Of a stretch of 64,000 bases of DNA, positions 39,122-64,000 are shown piece after piece. This DNA comes from the human T2T-CHM13v2.0 reference genome, Homo sapiens. Both the position numbers and the translations under genes were made by a program. Under the pieces are notes generated by a model. It saw only the letters and a list, made by a program, of their open reading frames with translations. It searched no databases and had not been told where the DNA came from. Numbering within the stretch: position 1 is the stretch's first letter; every line of letters begins with the position of its first letter. The DNA is taken from assembly GCF_009914755.1 (NCBI RefSeq), contig NC_060939.1. One strand, 5' to 3'.

Positions 39122-39890
39122 ACTATATTTTCCAATTCAAAAGCCCTGATTTTTCCCACTTTAACATCTTCGAATCATTCAACCATGCAGCAGTCCTGAG
39201 ATACTTCTATTGCTTGCACTTGCAAAATCAGTGTTACTGGTTAGGAAGAAAATTCCAAAAGCAAAAATGAAGCATCCTATTAAGAAATGCTGGCCGGGCA
39301 CAGTGGCTCAAGTCTGCAATCCCAGCACTTTGGGAGGTTGAAGTGAGCAGATCACTTGAGGTCAGGAGTTCAAGACCAGCCTGGCCAACATGGTGAAACC
39401 CCCATCTCCACTAAAAATACAAAAAAAAAAATTAGCCAGGTGTAGTGGCACACGCCTGTAATCCCAGCTACTCGGGAGGCTGAGGGGGGAGAATCGCTTG
39501 AACCTGGGAGGCAGAGGTTGCAGGAAGCCAAATCTCGCCACTGTGCTCCAGCCTGGGCAACAGAGCGAGATTCAGTCTTAAAAAAAAAAAAAAACAAATG
39601 AAATGCTGCCTCTTCAACCTCTTGCTAACACTGAGTACAATCTTGTATCAAAAAACACAGACCTCAATGATGCTGAGCCATGGTGATGCAGAAGAGCCAG
39701 AATCTAATTGTGGAGAAGTCTTAGGAGTGTCATAACCAATTTATTTTGCCTATATTTGTTTTTTATGTGCACACAAGAGAGACATAGGATAAAAGAAAAT
39801 CTGTCTAAATAAGTCTAAAAGAGCCCTTCAATAAGTACAAAAACTTCTTAAAAATTTCAAGTGATAAAAAGATGCTGAGAAAATACAGGC
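39122..39890 (+). mobile_element. Kanga-like (TcMar-Tc2) DNA transposon remnant split by an Alu (39292-39595)
   Basis: gaagaaaattcc ... taagaaatgctg[Alu]cc ... taaccaatttattttgcctatattt ... tgtctaaataagtctaaaagagc resembles Kanga1. Alu TSD gaaatgct. Confidence 0.6.
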
Positions 39891-40221
39891 ATTATTTATT
39901 ATGCCCAGCTGACTTCCAGGAAAATCAAGGTCTAGGGAATATTCACAGTGTGGCCAAGGCCTTACAGCAACAAACAGCTGAACTGAGAAATGAAGCAAAT
40001 GGTCTCAGGCCTACCACAGAGGCCAGTTTGGTGTGGCTGGCATCTATCAGCTGTGTCCTAAATTCTTCACAAGGAGCCTGAGAAATGTGACCTTAGCCCA
40101 CCAGAGGTATTACACTTCAGTTTTGTCCGCTGAGATTATGCGTTTGCACATACACACAACATTCAAAGCAGAGGAATTGGTTGAGAAATGTAAAAACACT
40201 AGGAAGAACAACATTCCGAGG

Positions 40222-40570
40222 AAAATAATAAAGCCACTTGCATTTGTCCCTCAAGGGCAAAGCTTGAGCAGATATGTTTGCAGGCCCTTATAAAAGATTG
40301 GGGTTTCCTAAGCCCAGGGTTCATTGGCTGGAATGCAAATTCACTGTATGCATAGCATCCACTGACTACTGTGGTATGAGTTATAAGGTTCTTTGTCTTT
40401 GACCCAGGATGCACAAGTTCAGAGTCTTTCTTTTTTTTTTCTTTACTTTTTATACCATCAATAGAGGCAGACAAAAAAATCTTGAGTCTTCTACTAGCAT
40501 CAAATTGTGGCAGGCTAATTTGTATGCTTGCAAGTACAGTATTACCTCAGAACCTTCATGGTTCTTGTTA
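40222..40570 (+). mobile_element. LTR40-like ERVL LTR fragment
   Basis: TATAAAAG at 40289 followed by attggggtttcctaagcccagggttc; ends ttgtggcaggctaatttgtatgcttgcaagta ... gttcttgtta. Confidence 0.6.
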
Positions 40571-43504
40571 ACTACGTGAAGTTTTCTTTTTGTTTGTTTA
40601 TTTCTTTTTTTTTTTTTTTTCTGAGACAGAGTCTCACTCTGTCGCCCAGGCTGGAACGCAGTGGCACAATCTCGGCTCACTGCAACTTCCACCTCCTGGG
40701 TTCAAGTGATTCTCGTGTCTCAGCCTCCCAAGGAGCTGGGATTACAGGTGTGCACCACCACGCCCAGCTAATTTTTGTATTTTTAGTAGAGATTGGGTTT
40801 CGCCATGTTGACCAGGCTAGTCTCAAAATCCTGACCTCAAGTGATCCGTCTGCCTCGGCCTCCCAAAGTGTGGAATTACAGGTGTGAGCCACTACACCTG
40901 GCCTATGTGAAGTTTGATACCATTATTTGGAGTTAGACTGTGATAATTTAAAGATGTATATGGTAAACTCTAGAGCAATCATTCAAAAGTAAAATATAGA
41001 TAGAGCTAATAAGCCAAAAGTAGGGATAAAATGAAATCATTAAAGTATTTTATTAATTAAAAAGGAAGTCAAAAAAAAGGAAAAAGGGACAAAGAATAGT
41101 AGGGACAAATAGAAAACAAATAGCAAAATGGTGTATTTAAATACAACCATATTTATAGTTACATTAAATAAAAGTGGCCCAAACTCTCCAATTAAAAGGC
41201 AGAAATGTCAGATTGTATAAAAATCTACCTGAATAAGCTCTAAATATACTGCATAGGTAGGTTAAGAGTAAAAGAATAGAAAAAATATATATGAAGCAAA
41301 CACTAATCATGAAAAAAGCTGAAATGGATGTATCGATTTGTGCACAGTGAACTTTAGGAGAAAGGATTATAAGCAGAAATAGTGATATTTTATAATGAGA
41401 AATGGGCCATTTCATCAAGAAGACATTACTAAACATGCATACACCAAGTAATAGAGCTTCAAAGTACATGAAAAAAGAACTGACAGACTGAAAGACAAAA
41501 TAGACAAATCTACAATTTCAGCTGTAGATTTCAACACTTACCTCTTATTAATTGACAGAACAAGGAGATAGAAAACCAATAAGTATATAAAAGATTTAAA
41601 CAATACTATTAAATAACTTAACCTAATATATAGTTATAAAACACTATACCCAGCACTGGCAGAATACATATCTTGTTCAAGGGTACATAGAACATTCACA
41701 AATGTAGACCATATTCTAAGCCATATACAATCTCGATAAACTTATAAGGAATGAAATTGTACAAAATATATTCTCTGAGCATGACAGAAATAAAGAGGAG
41801 GGCCAGGTGCGGTGGCTCATGCCTGTAATCCCAGCACTTTGGGAGGCCAAGCCGGGCGGATCACAAGGTCAAGAGTTTGAGACCAGCCTGGCCAACATGG
41901 TGAAACCCCATCTCTACTAAGAATACAAAAATTATCTGGGTGTGGTGGTGCATGCCCATAATCCCAGCTACTCGGGAGGCTGAGGTAGGAGAATTACGTG
42001 AACTCAGGAGGCAGAGGTTGCAGTGAGCCGAGATCATGCCACTGCACTCACCCTGGGCGACAGAGGAAGACTCTGTCTTGGAAAAATAATTAATTAATTA
42101 ATTTATTTATTTATTTATTAAAGAGGAAAAAGAAAAATATCTAGATAATCCCTAAATATTGAGAAATTAAACAGTATACTTCCATGTAACCCAAGAGTTA
42201 AAGAAGAAATTGCACTGATGGCTGGGCGCGGTGGCTCACGCCTGTAATCCCAGCACTTTGGGAGGCCGAGATAGGTGGATCACCTGAGGTCAGGAGTTCG
42301 AGGCCAGCCTGATCAACATAGGGAAACCCCGTCTCTACTAAAAACACAATAATTAGCCGGTGTGGTGGTACATGCCTGTAATCCCAGCTACTCAGGAGAC
42401 TGAGGCAGGAGAATCACTTGAATCCGGGAGGTGGAGGTTGCAGTGAGCCAACATGGCGTCACTGTACTCCAGGCTGGATGACAGACTGAGACTCCATCAA
42501 AAAAAAAAAAAAAAAGAAAGAAAGAAAGAGAGAGAGAGAAAGAAAGAAAGAAAAGAAAGAAAGAAAGAAAGAAAGAAATTGCACTGAAAAACCGAAAAAT
42601 AGAAAATATTTATTACTGAATGAAAATAAAAACACAATAAGCAAAAGTTTATAAGACACATCTAAAACGGTGCTAATAAATTAGATTAATGTATAGCTTT
42701 AATTGGTTACAGTGGATAAGAAGTGCCTAAAAGCAGCGTTCTAAGCCTCTATATTAAGAAGCTAGAAAAAAAGAGCAAAATACACCCAAAGTAAATGGGA
42801 AGGAAATCATAAAGAGTAGAATTAATGAAATAGAAAATGGACAAAGAGGGCAAGTGCAGTGGCTCTTGCCTGTAATCCTAGCGCTTTGAGAGGCCAAGGT
42901 AGGCAGATTGCTTGAGCCCAGGAGTTTGAGACCAGCCTGGGCAACATGGCGAATCCCCTGCCTCTACAAAGAATACAAAAATTAGCCAGTCATGGTGGTG
43001 CATACCTGTAATCCCAGCTACCTGGGAGGCTGAGGTGGGAGGATGGCTTGAGCCCAGGAGAGACTGGTGCTACTGCACTTTCAGCCTGGGTAATGACAGA
43101 CCCTGTATCCAAAAAAAAAAAAAAGAATGGAGAATATTAATCAATTTGGTACAAAACTTGATTTTGATGTTTTTTTGTTTTTTTGTTTTTTTTGAGAGGG
43201 AGTCTCCCTCTGTTGCCCAGACTGGAGTGCAGTGGCGCGATCTCGGCTCCCTGCAAGCTCTGCCTTCTGGGTTGACGCCATTCTCCTGCCTCAGCCTCCC
43301 TAGTAGCTGAGACTACAGGCGCCCGCCACCACGCCTGGAACAACATTTTTTTTTTTTTTTTTGTATTTTTAGTAGAGACGGAGTTTCACTGTGTTAGCCA
43401 GGATGGTCTCGATCTCCTGACCTCGTGATCCACCTGCCTCGGCCTCCCAAAGTGTTGGGATTACAGGCGTGAGCCACTGAGCCCAACTTTTTTTTTTTTT
43501 TTGA

Positions 43505-43639
<135 letters not shown>

Positions 43640-43783
43640 TAGCTGGGAATACAAGCATGTGCCACCCACCTGGCTAAGTGTTTTTTGTTGTTATAGAAAC
43701 AGGGTCTCACTTATGTTGCCCAGGCTGGTCTTGAACTCCTGGCCTGGAAGTGACCCTGCCACCTCAGCCTCCCAAAGTGCTAG

Positions 43784-44173
<390 letters not shown>

Positions 44174-44718
44174 CTAGCTCAACTGACCAAGAAAAAAAGA
44201 CTCAAATTAACAATGAAAGGGAAATTAAAAAGGGGACATTACCACAGATACTTCAGCTGTGAGAAGGATAATAAGGGACTATTATAAACAACTTATGCCC
44301 ACATATTCTAAAACTTAGATGAAATGGGCAAATTCCTTGAAAGACACAGAGTACAAGTCTTACTGTAAAAGAAATAAAAACAGTCCCATATTTACTTGAA
44401 ACATTAAATTTTTAATTTAAAATCTTTCCTCAAAGAGCACACCAGAACATTTGGCTTCACTGGTGAATTCTAGAAAACATTTAAGAAAAAAAAATCTGTA
44501 AACTTTCTTTAAGTTGGGGAAAAAGTAACACTTCTTAAGACATTTTCTAAGTCTAGTATACCCTGATACTTAAACTAAACAAAGGCATTACAAGAAAATA
44601 AAATTACATACTAATATACTTCATGGACATAGATGAAAAAAAATTCTAGACAAAATTTTAACAAAGTGAATTCAGTGATATATAAAAAGGATAATACATC
44701 ATGATCAAGTGGGCTTTA

Positions 44719-45188
<470 letters not shown>

Positions 45189-45246
45189 TCACGAGGTCAG
45201 GACTTCAAGACCACCCTGGCCAACACGGTGAAACCCGTCTCTACTA

Positions 45247-45438
<192 letters not shown>

Positions 45439-46032
45439 TTATGTGACACAACTCAACACTCAGCCAGGCCAGGTGGCTCATAACTGTAATCCCAGCACTT
45501 CAGGCAGGAGGATTGCCTGAGCTCAGGAGTTTGTGACCAGCCTGGGCAATAAAGGGAGGCCTCATCTCTACTGAAAAAATAAATCAGCCAGGTGTGGTTG
45601 TGTGCACTGTAGTCTCACCTATTCAAGAGGCTGAGGTGGGAGGATTGCATAAGCCCCAGAGATCAAGGCTGCAGTGAGCTGTGAAGGCACCACTGTACTC
45701 CAACCCGAGTGACAGAGCAAGACCCTGTCTCAAACAAGCAAGCAAAAAACCCCCCAAAAATATATATTAACAATTCAACCTCATTCACATTTAAAACTCT
45801 TATCACACTAGGAGTAGAAGGGAACTTCCTCACCCGGATAAAAGGCACCTAAAAAGTAATTACACCTCTCATCATACCTAATGGTGAAAGGTGAATACTT
45901 TCTTCTAAGATTGGGAACAAGGGTAAAGATAGCCATTCTCACAACTTCTATTCAGAATTGTACTGGAGGTCCTAGCCTGTGTAATAAATCAAGAAAAAGA
46001 AATAAAAGGTAAGTAGATTGAAAAAGAAGAAG

Positions 46033-47273
<1,241 letters not shown>

Positions 47274-47779
47274 TTAAAAAAAGAAATGAATGAATAAAAG
47301 AACAAAAAAGATAAGCTGTGCACTCTCCTAATCGTATACAATCTGGATTGTGTTTACCCTTCATGGTTATGGTGGAATGTGCTGAATCCACCACTCAGTC
47401 ACAGGAAAGTGCTTTTTCACCTAAATAAATTTTAGGGGTTGGGCATGGTGGTTCACACCTGTAATCCCAGCACCTTGGGAGGCCAAGGCAGGCAGACCAC
47501 ATGAAGCCAGGAGTTCGAGACCAGCCTGGCCAACATGGCAAAACCCCATCTCTACTAAAAATACAAAAATTAGCTGGGCGTGGTGCCACGTGCCTGTAAT
47601 CCCAGCTCCTCAGGGGGCTGAGGCCCGAGAATCACTCAAACCCAGGAGGTTGCAGTGAGCTAAGTTTGTACCACTGCACTCTAGACTGGGCAACAGAGCG
47701 AGACCCTGTCTTAAAAAGAAAATAAAAGAATTTCTAGGAGTTTTCTATACTAAGACCATGAAATGAGTTTTTTTTTTAA

Positions 47780-48192
<413 letters not shown>

Positions 48193-48419
48193 TAGGCAAT
48201 TCTGAAGTATGAAACAATTTGTTGATGGCTGTGGTTACCCTTCTCTGTGTTAGAAAAAAAAAGAAAGGAAAAAGGAAAGAAAAAGAAGCAATGCTGTCTT
48301 ATTTGCAGATAATAGTAAACATAGGAAGAAAATCTAAGTGAATGTATTAAAAAGCTACTAGAGTTACTGAGTTTAGCAAAATTACAGAATACAAGGTCAA
48401 TATATAGAGATATCATTTG

Positions 48420-48845
<426 letters not shown>

Positions 48846-49080
48846 TAGTCTGGAACCACTGGGCTCAAGTGATCCACCCACCTCGGGCCTCCCAAAGTGC
48901 TGAGATTATAGGCGTGTGCCACCACACCCAGCCAGTACTTTTTAAAATGCCGCAAATAATTAGAAAAAGAAATTAAGAATCAATACTGGCCAGGCCCGTT
49001 GGCTCACGCCTGTAATCCCAGCACTTTGGGAGGCCGAGGTGGATCGCCTGAGGTCAGGAGTTCGAGACCAGCCATGGTCA

Positions 49081-49362
<282 letters not shown>

Positions 49363-50440
49363 TTAATGCACTGCTGGTGGGAGTATAAATTGGTACAATC
49401 ACTTACAAAATAATTAGTCGTTTTCATGTAAAGGCCAACATTTCCAAACTCTAGGCAGTGGTTCTTGTACTTTGGTGTGATTCAGAATCGCCTATGAAAA
49501 TTGGTTAAAAACAGAAATAGGCCCAGGTTCTGGGCCACTTCAGTGAGCTCTTTGTATTCCCTATTGGCCTTCCAGGAGATTCTGATAGACAGAAAAGTTT
49601 TGTGGGGTTTTTTTGTTTGTTTTTTTTTGAGATGGAGCCTCACTCTGTCGCCCAGGCTAGTGGTCCACCCGCCTCAGCCTCCCAAAGTGCTGGGATTACA
49701 GCCGTGAGCCACCGCGCCTAGGCGTCAAAGTTTGAGAACTGCCATTGTAGACCCATTCCTCATTGTATGAACTGCCAAAACTCTTGCACATATGCACCAG
49801 GAAGCATGTACAAGATTGTTCATTGAAGCAATGTTTCTAATTTTAAAAAACACGGAAGCAACTTAAATGTTCATCGACCAGAGAATAGATAAATTACAGC
49901 ATATTATACAGCAGTGAAAATAAATAATGTACAGCTACATGCAACTTCTTGGAAGAATCATAATGTTGAAGGGTAAAAGAGTGCAGGATAGAATTTTTTT
50001 TTTTTTTGGAGACGGAGTCTCTCTCTGTCGTCCAGACTGGAGTGCAGTGGCGCCATCTCGGCTCACTGCCACCTCTGCCTCCCGGGTTCAAACAATTCCA
50101 GGATAGAATTTTTATAGAGCTCAAAACCAAGCAACATTAAACAACATACCATTTAGCATACATATAAGAACTATGTATTTTAAAAACAAAGAAAAAACTC
50201 AAATATTTAGGATAGTTAGAGGGGGGTAGGAGAAAGGAACAGAAGGGGATCTCAAAGGGAAATAGTTCTTGGTAATGCTCTAAATGTTGACCTGGGTTAT
50301 AGTTCACTGTGCTACTTATTCTTTATAAATAATATATGAGTTATCTGGCCGGGCATGGTGGCTCACACCTGTAATGCCAGCACTTTGGGAGGCCGAGGCA
50401 GGCAGATCACGAGGTCATAAGATCGAGACCATCTTGGCTA

Positions 50441-50791
<351 letters not shown>

Positions 50792-50986
50792 TTATAAAGA
50801 GGCTTCAATTGTATTGGTCAGGCTTTATTTCTTAAGCTGGCTGGTAGATGCACAGGTATTCTCTAATCTGTGTTTTATGCATTTTCTAAATATAGGCTTG
50901 GGGAAGCAGGAGAGAGAAAGAGAGAGATGATATATCACTAAAGAACAGGATGGAAGGCTGATTGCCCTTCAACAGGACTAAGCTGA

Positions 50987-51169
<183 letters not shown>

Positions 51170-53207
51170 TGAGTAGCTGGGATTACAAGGGCCCACCACT
51201 ACGCCCGGCTAATTTTTGTATTTTTAGTAGAGACGGGTTTCACCATGTTGGCCAGGCTGGTCTCAAACTCCTGACCTCAAATGATCCACCCGCCTCAGCC
51301 TCCCAAAGTGCTGGGATTACAGGAGTGAGCCACCGCGCCCGGCTGCAGTAGTCTTAATGATTCATTCTCGTGGCCCCATCAAGAGGCTATCAGAGGTGAA
51401 ACAACAGAGGAAGCAATAATCAGGGACTAAAGCCACAAGATGACTTCCAAATAACCTGTTGGTGACAAGGACAAAACTGAGTAGGGAAACTGTAGGTTCC
51501 CGAGACCGATGAGAAGCTGGACTCCAGGAAGTGATGTTACTGGGAAATTACATATTTATGTAAAGACGCAATCCAGGAAGTAGTGTTTTCGTTCCTGTTT
51601 GTAGCAGGGGAGGCAGACATCCTTGATGAGAACCTGCACGGGGAGCTTCCTGAGCAAAGGCGTTGCGGAGCTTTGCAGCAGTATGCCAGGGCTGTGGAGA
51701 AAGGAGAAAGGAGAAAGAAGACAGGGCAGGATGTCCCACCCGCTGGGGAGGTGGCAAGCCCTGAGGAGTGCCCAATGAGACGCCCCAACTACAAGTATCT
51801 TCTTGAGATGACACAAAACCAGAATACAGGCTTCTTCCAAGATCCATGTTTGCCCCTCTTTCATTGTGAGAGAAGAGCAGCTGAAAAGAATAGATGTTTT
51901 CGGCCACGTGGGTGGCTCACACCTGTAATCCCAGCACATTGGGAGACCGAGGCCAGCAGATTGCTTGAGCTCAGCCAGTTCAAGACCAGCCTGGGCAACA
52001 TGGTGAGATCCCATCTCAAAAAAGAAAAATATTTATATTAAAAGAAAGCAGAAATTTTTTTTAAAAGAATAAATGTTTAGAATAGTTCTATAAAGCAGAA
52101 GAAAATCAAGACAATGTTGGCCAGGTGCAGTGGCTCATACCTGTAATCTCAGCATTTTGGGAGGTCAAGGCAGGAGGATTGCTTGAGGCCAGGAGTTTGA
52201 GACTACCCTGGGCACCATAGCAAGACCCTGTCTCTACAAAAATAAAAATACAGTGTTTTGGTTTAGGAAAATAAAGAAAAGGAGAGGAAAAAGGAAAAGA
52301 AGCACAACCACCAAGCACCAGTAGTAAATATCTACCAGCGAGGATGAGCACTGCCAGAAAAGGGCTGAAAGAAGATGATAAATTCAATCACTTTTTGCTG
52401 TAAAGCCCTGGATATAGCTTAAAACTTAGGGACTCCAACGATGGCCAGAGACTGCAGATTCCTTTGGCTTCTGGACAAATTGAGTTAGGCTCAGGAACCA
52501 TATCAGCTCAGGAAACCCCTCCCAGACACCAGTAAGACATCTGGGAAAAGTAATAAATGGGAAGGTGAGTAATAGGATGATAAAACAGGGTCCCCAAGAC
52601 ACAACAAACATCACATTTTAAGATAAACGAGAAAGAAGGCAGAACCAAGAATCTTTTTCCTAAGAAAGATTTCCAAATGGCTCATACTCCAGAAAACTCA
52701 GCAAAAGAATGGGAGCAATAATATGCTAAGGTGAAGGAGGAAGGCAGGCTGAATACCTCAGAAATTAGGGAAAGGATGATAAAAAGGAAAAGAAGCTTGG
52801 AAAATTAGGATTCCTCAGATAGAAACTTTATCCAGAGTTTGAAACTAGAAGGTGCAACAACTTTGTCCTTAGAGGGTCAGGTGTACTGAAATAGACACTT
52901 CCTGCTGACAACTTCAGCAGCACAGAAATTCTTTATTGGAAGATGAAGCTTTATCCTCTCTCTTCTCAGTTTTCCTGGTAGGAAACTGATTCCTTGAAAA
53001 TTCCCTTTATATGATTTCAAACGACTTTCTCCAAAGATCAATCCTTCATTTTTCAGTGATTCTCCTCCTTTCTTGAGAACAGTCTCTCTTCCCCAGAAGC
53101 AATGGAGTTCTTTGGGTGGGATTCTTCTCATCAGGCCCATCCTTTTCAAACATCCTTTTTTTTGTTGTTTTTTTTTTTTCTTTTTGAGATGGAGTCTCTC
53201 TCTGTAA

Positions 53208-53447
<240 letters not shown>

Positions 53448-53810
53448 TGAGCCACCGTGCCTGGCCCAAACATTCTTGATCCATGATTTCTTTAGTTTGA
53501 AGTGGCCTTGCAAGTTAAAACTTGAGCTTAGTGTACCTGCCAAAATTTCAAAGATGTATACTCTTTGACCCAGCAGTGACAATTCTGGGAATTTATCTTG
53601 CAGATACACCAGCAGACTTGCAAAATGACATGTCTACAAAGTTATTCGTTGTGGTATTGTTTGTAACAGCAACAGACTGGAAACTAACAGGATACTGGTT
53701 AAATAATTTATGGCTCATCCACACAATGGATTACTATATAGCCATTTTTTTTAAAAAAAAAAAAAAAAAGGAAAAGCTCTCTTTGTACCAATACAGAGCA
53801 ATATCCAAGA

Positions 53811-54135
<325 letters not shown>

Positions 54136-54186
54136 CAAGATATATTTTTAAGTAAATATAAGAGTGGAGTAGCTAATACTTATATC

Positions 54187-54363
54187 CCATATTTCATCAA
54201 TTCTAAGATGTGCATTTTTTTTTTACTTTGTAACATACTTGAAACGAGGATGTGTTATAGTCAAAGGCAGGTCATAATTTAATTGTAATGGTTTTTCTTT
54301 CTTAGTGCATAAAATAATGATGTGTCTTATAATCCATGGCATCTTGGATCTGATGAAATACAA
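54187..54363. mobile_element. MER104 (TcMar-Tc2) MITE
   Basis: Inverted termini ccatatttcatcaattctaagatg ... catcttggatctgatgaaatacaa. Confidence 0.75.
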
Positions 54364-54395
54364 TAGTGCTTACAGTGTGCAAGGCACTGTCCTTT

Positions 54396-54450
<55 letters not shown>
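54396..54450 (+). repeat. (TA)n(CA)n microsatellite
   Basis: About 19 TA units followed by ACACAC. Confidence 0.9.
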
Positions 54451-54515
54451 GATCAGTTCAATCCCATGACAACTCTATGAAGGTAAGTACTATTATTATT
54501 ATTATCACTATTTGA

Positions 54516-54620
<105 letters not shown>

Positions 54621-55506
54621 TGAGTAGTGGAGATTACAGGCATATGCCACCATGCCCAACAAATTTTTGTATTTTTAGTAGAGACAGGGATTCACCATGT
54701 TGGCCAGGCTGATCTCAAACTCCTGACCTCAGGTGATCCACCTGCCTCAGTGCTAGGATTACAGGTGTGAGCCACCGTGCCCAGCCAGGTAAGTACTATT
54801 ATAATCTACATTTTACAGGTAAGAAAATGAATTTGGCCTTGGGCAGTCTTGCTCCAGAGCCCACGCTCTTAGATTCATGAAACCACACCTCCCTATGATA
54901 ACAGTAACACAGACAGAAGGATCCCCATGTGCCAGGCCCTGTCATAAATGCTTCATACATATATTAGCTCATTTAATCCTCAAATAGCCATATGAGAGAG
55001 ATGCTATTATTATTCTCACAATACGGATGAAGAAATTGAGACACTGAGAGGTTACGAAACTTGCGTAAAGATACACAGCTAGTGAGTGGAAGATCTGCAG
55101 TTTTGACATTGTCAGTCTGGCTTCAGAGTTCACCTTCTAAATGTTCTTTATGCTACTTTTTGTGTGGAAAAAAAAGTGGGGGGGAAGAGAAGTTATAATA
55201 ATATATTTATATTTGTAAAAGGATCTTGGAATAAAAAGAAAGTGATGCAGGTGTGTCACTTGTACGGAAAGGTAGGGGTGGGAACAGAGGAATTGGGGGA
55301 TGGGGTGGGAATGAAATGTTTTGTTATACACCTTTTTAATATTATCTGGGTTTTGAGCCATGTGAATGTATTACCTATTTAAAACAAAAGGGAACAAGAA
55401 TTTTAACTTTGTGGCCGGGCGCGTTGGCTCATGCCTGTAATCCCAGCACTTTGGGAGGCCGAGGCGGGCGGCTCACAAGGTCAGGAGATCAAGACCATCC
55501 TGGCTA

Positions 55507-55737
<231 letters not shown>

Positions 55738-56019
55738 TTAATATACCAATGATATGAGAGAAGTGGTCCTAGATATTCAGCTGATGAGGTTTCTGTACCC
55801 ATTTGTTCTTTCAATATTTTGATATTTACCTTTTAAGCCTTAGAAGTATTTTATTTTATCGTTTTAAAGTAGCAAGGGGTAAGAGATAAAAAATTTTCAT
55901 TAATCCTGATCACAAATGCCATGATTTCAAGGCTTAAATCCCATTATAGTACCTCATATATAAATCTGCCAGATGAGGCTGACAGAAAGATGACAACAAA
56001 TTTAAGAATAAAACCATAA

Positions 56020-61810
<5,791 letters not shown>

Positions 61811-62538
61811 GGAAAAGGTAAGCAATAAGCTGAGAAATAGCTGTAGCAAACACATAAGGCATGAGATTAATACACTTATTTTACAAAAAGCTTCAACAAA
61901 TCAATATAAAAGTAGTAACAGCCTCCCCCACATGATAGATAAAGGATGTAAACAGATAATTTAGAGAAGAAATACAAATCACTAGTAAGAATTTGGAAAA
62001 AAGAAATGTTTAAATTTAACAGGATTCAAAGAAATACAAATTACAATGATAACACAATACAATTTTTCCCCTATAGATTGGCAAAAAACTTAAAACTGAA
62101 TTTAAAAAAATACCCAAAGATATCAAAGTTGCAGGAAACAAACACTCTCGTAAACTACATAGGGTATGTAACTTGGTATAACCTTTCTGGAAAACGATTT
62201 GTTAGTATTAAACATTAAAAATGTTCCTAGCCTCTGACCCAGTAAGCCAAATTTAAGGAATCTAACCTAAAGAAAAATCAAAATGTGGTCAAAGATGTAT
62301 GCAGAGTGATGTTCACCCTAGCTTTGTTTGGAATAGAAAAACTTGGAAATAAGCCAACATCTAACAATAGGGAGTGATTAAACAATTTATATATAGTACA
62401 TACATGCAATGGAATATATTACCATCTAAGAATCGTTTTTTTGAAGAACATTTAATGACAGTGGAAAATTTTCAAGATACGTTAAGTAAAAAAAAGAAAT
62501 ATACTAATATGTTGTAAGTGATTTTCCAGGGGTTGTAA

Positions 62539-62772
<234 letters not shown>

Positions 62773-63317
62773 TAGAAGGGACAGGGTTTCATCATGTTGG
62801 CCAGGCTGGTCTCAAACTCCTGACCTCAAGTGATCTGCCCACCTCGGCCTCACGAAATGCTGGGATTACAGGCGTGAGCCACTGCGCCTGGCCTCAGAAT
62901 TTCTATAATGAGCTTTTTTTTTTCTCTTGTAATACAAGTATTATGTTAATGTGTTTTAATTAAATATAAAGATACAAAACTAATGTTTTCAGTGATTTTT
63001 AAAAATTGGCCATAATCTTAATTCTATAACATCGTTTTGCATATTATCTTCACACCATTATTTCGCCATGAAATTTTTCATATATACTGAAAGCCTGAAA
63101 ATATATTTACTACCTAGATTCTATAATGAACATTTTGCTGTATTTACTTTACCATATATACATCAATTAATCTTATTTTTTATGCACGTCAAAGTGCAGA
63201 AATCAGTGCACTTCATCTCTAAATGCCTCAACATGCATATCATTAATAAAAGTTCTCTATTTATGTTTTTTTATTTTTGTAGTGTACACACAGTGAAATG
63301 CACAAATATTATATGTG

Positions 63318-63990
<673 letters not shown>

Positions 63991-64000
63991 TGATCCACCC

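Noticed and set aside
51583-52041. 152-aa ORF and overlapping antisense ORFs
   Set aside because: No recognisable domain, non-ATG start, and the C-terminus is Alu-derived.
52380-53150. Possible CR1/L3 remnant
   Set aside because: Only faint resemblance by eye; needs a Dfam HMM search.

Overview
Human genomic DNA. It contains a human-specific AluYb8 and is Alu/L1 dense. Positions 1-24.4 kb hold the 3' part of CORO2B (coronin 2B, + strand). Nine GT-AG-bounded coding exons (probably exons 4-12) splice into one 369-aa frame: WD40 propeller, linker/unique region and C-terminal coiled coil ending ...RNSPKNC*. The 3' UTR has proximal and distal AATAAA signals. The rest is intergenic and mostly transposon-derived: Alu, old L1M, L2, MIR, MLT1, MER21, LTR40, LTR47, Tigger4a, MER20, MER104 and Kanga-like elements. 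The one other gene-derived feature is a degenerate cysteinyl-tRNA synthetase (CARS1) retrocopy inserted in an old L1. It is unusual in being 5'-complete but switching mid-CDS into about 1 kb of non-coding sequence before its A-tail and target-site duplication. It may be a fossil of an alternative or intronically polyadenylated CARS1 transcript. Other notable structures are a templated ~220-bp local duplication that replaces an LTR end, a thrice-repeated retrotransposition target site, closely spaced inverted Alus in the last CORO2B intron, and a ~520-bp homopurine tract with a higher-order duplication. I saw no novel protein-coding system; nearly all ORF-track entries are Alu or low-complexity artefacts. 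Repeat subfamily names and CARS1 comparisons come from recalled consensus sequences, not from a database search.
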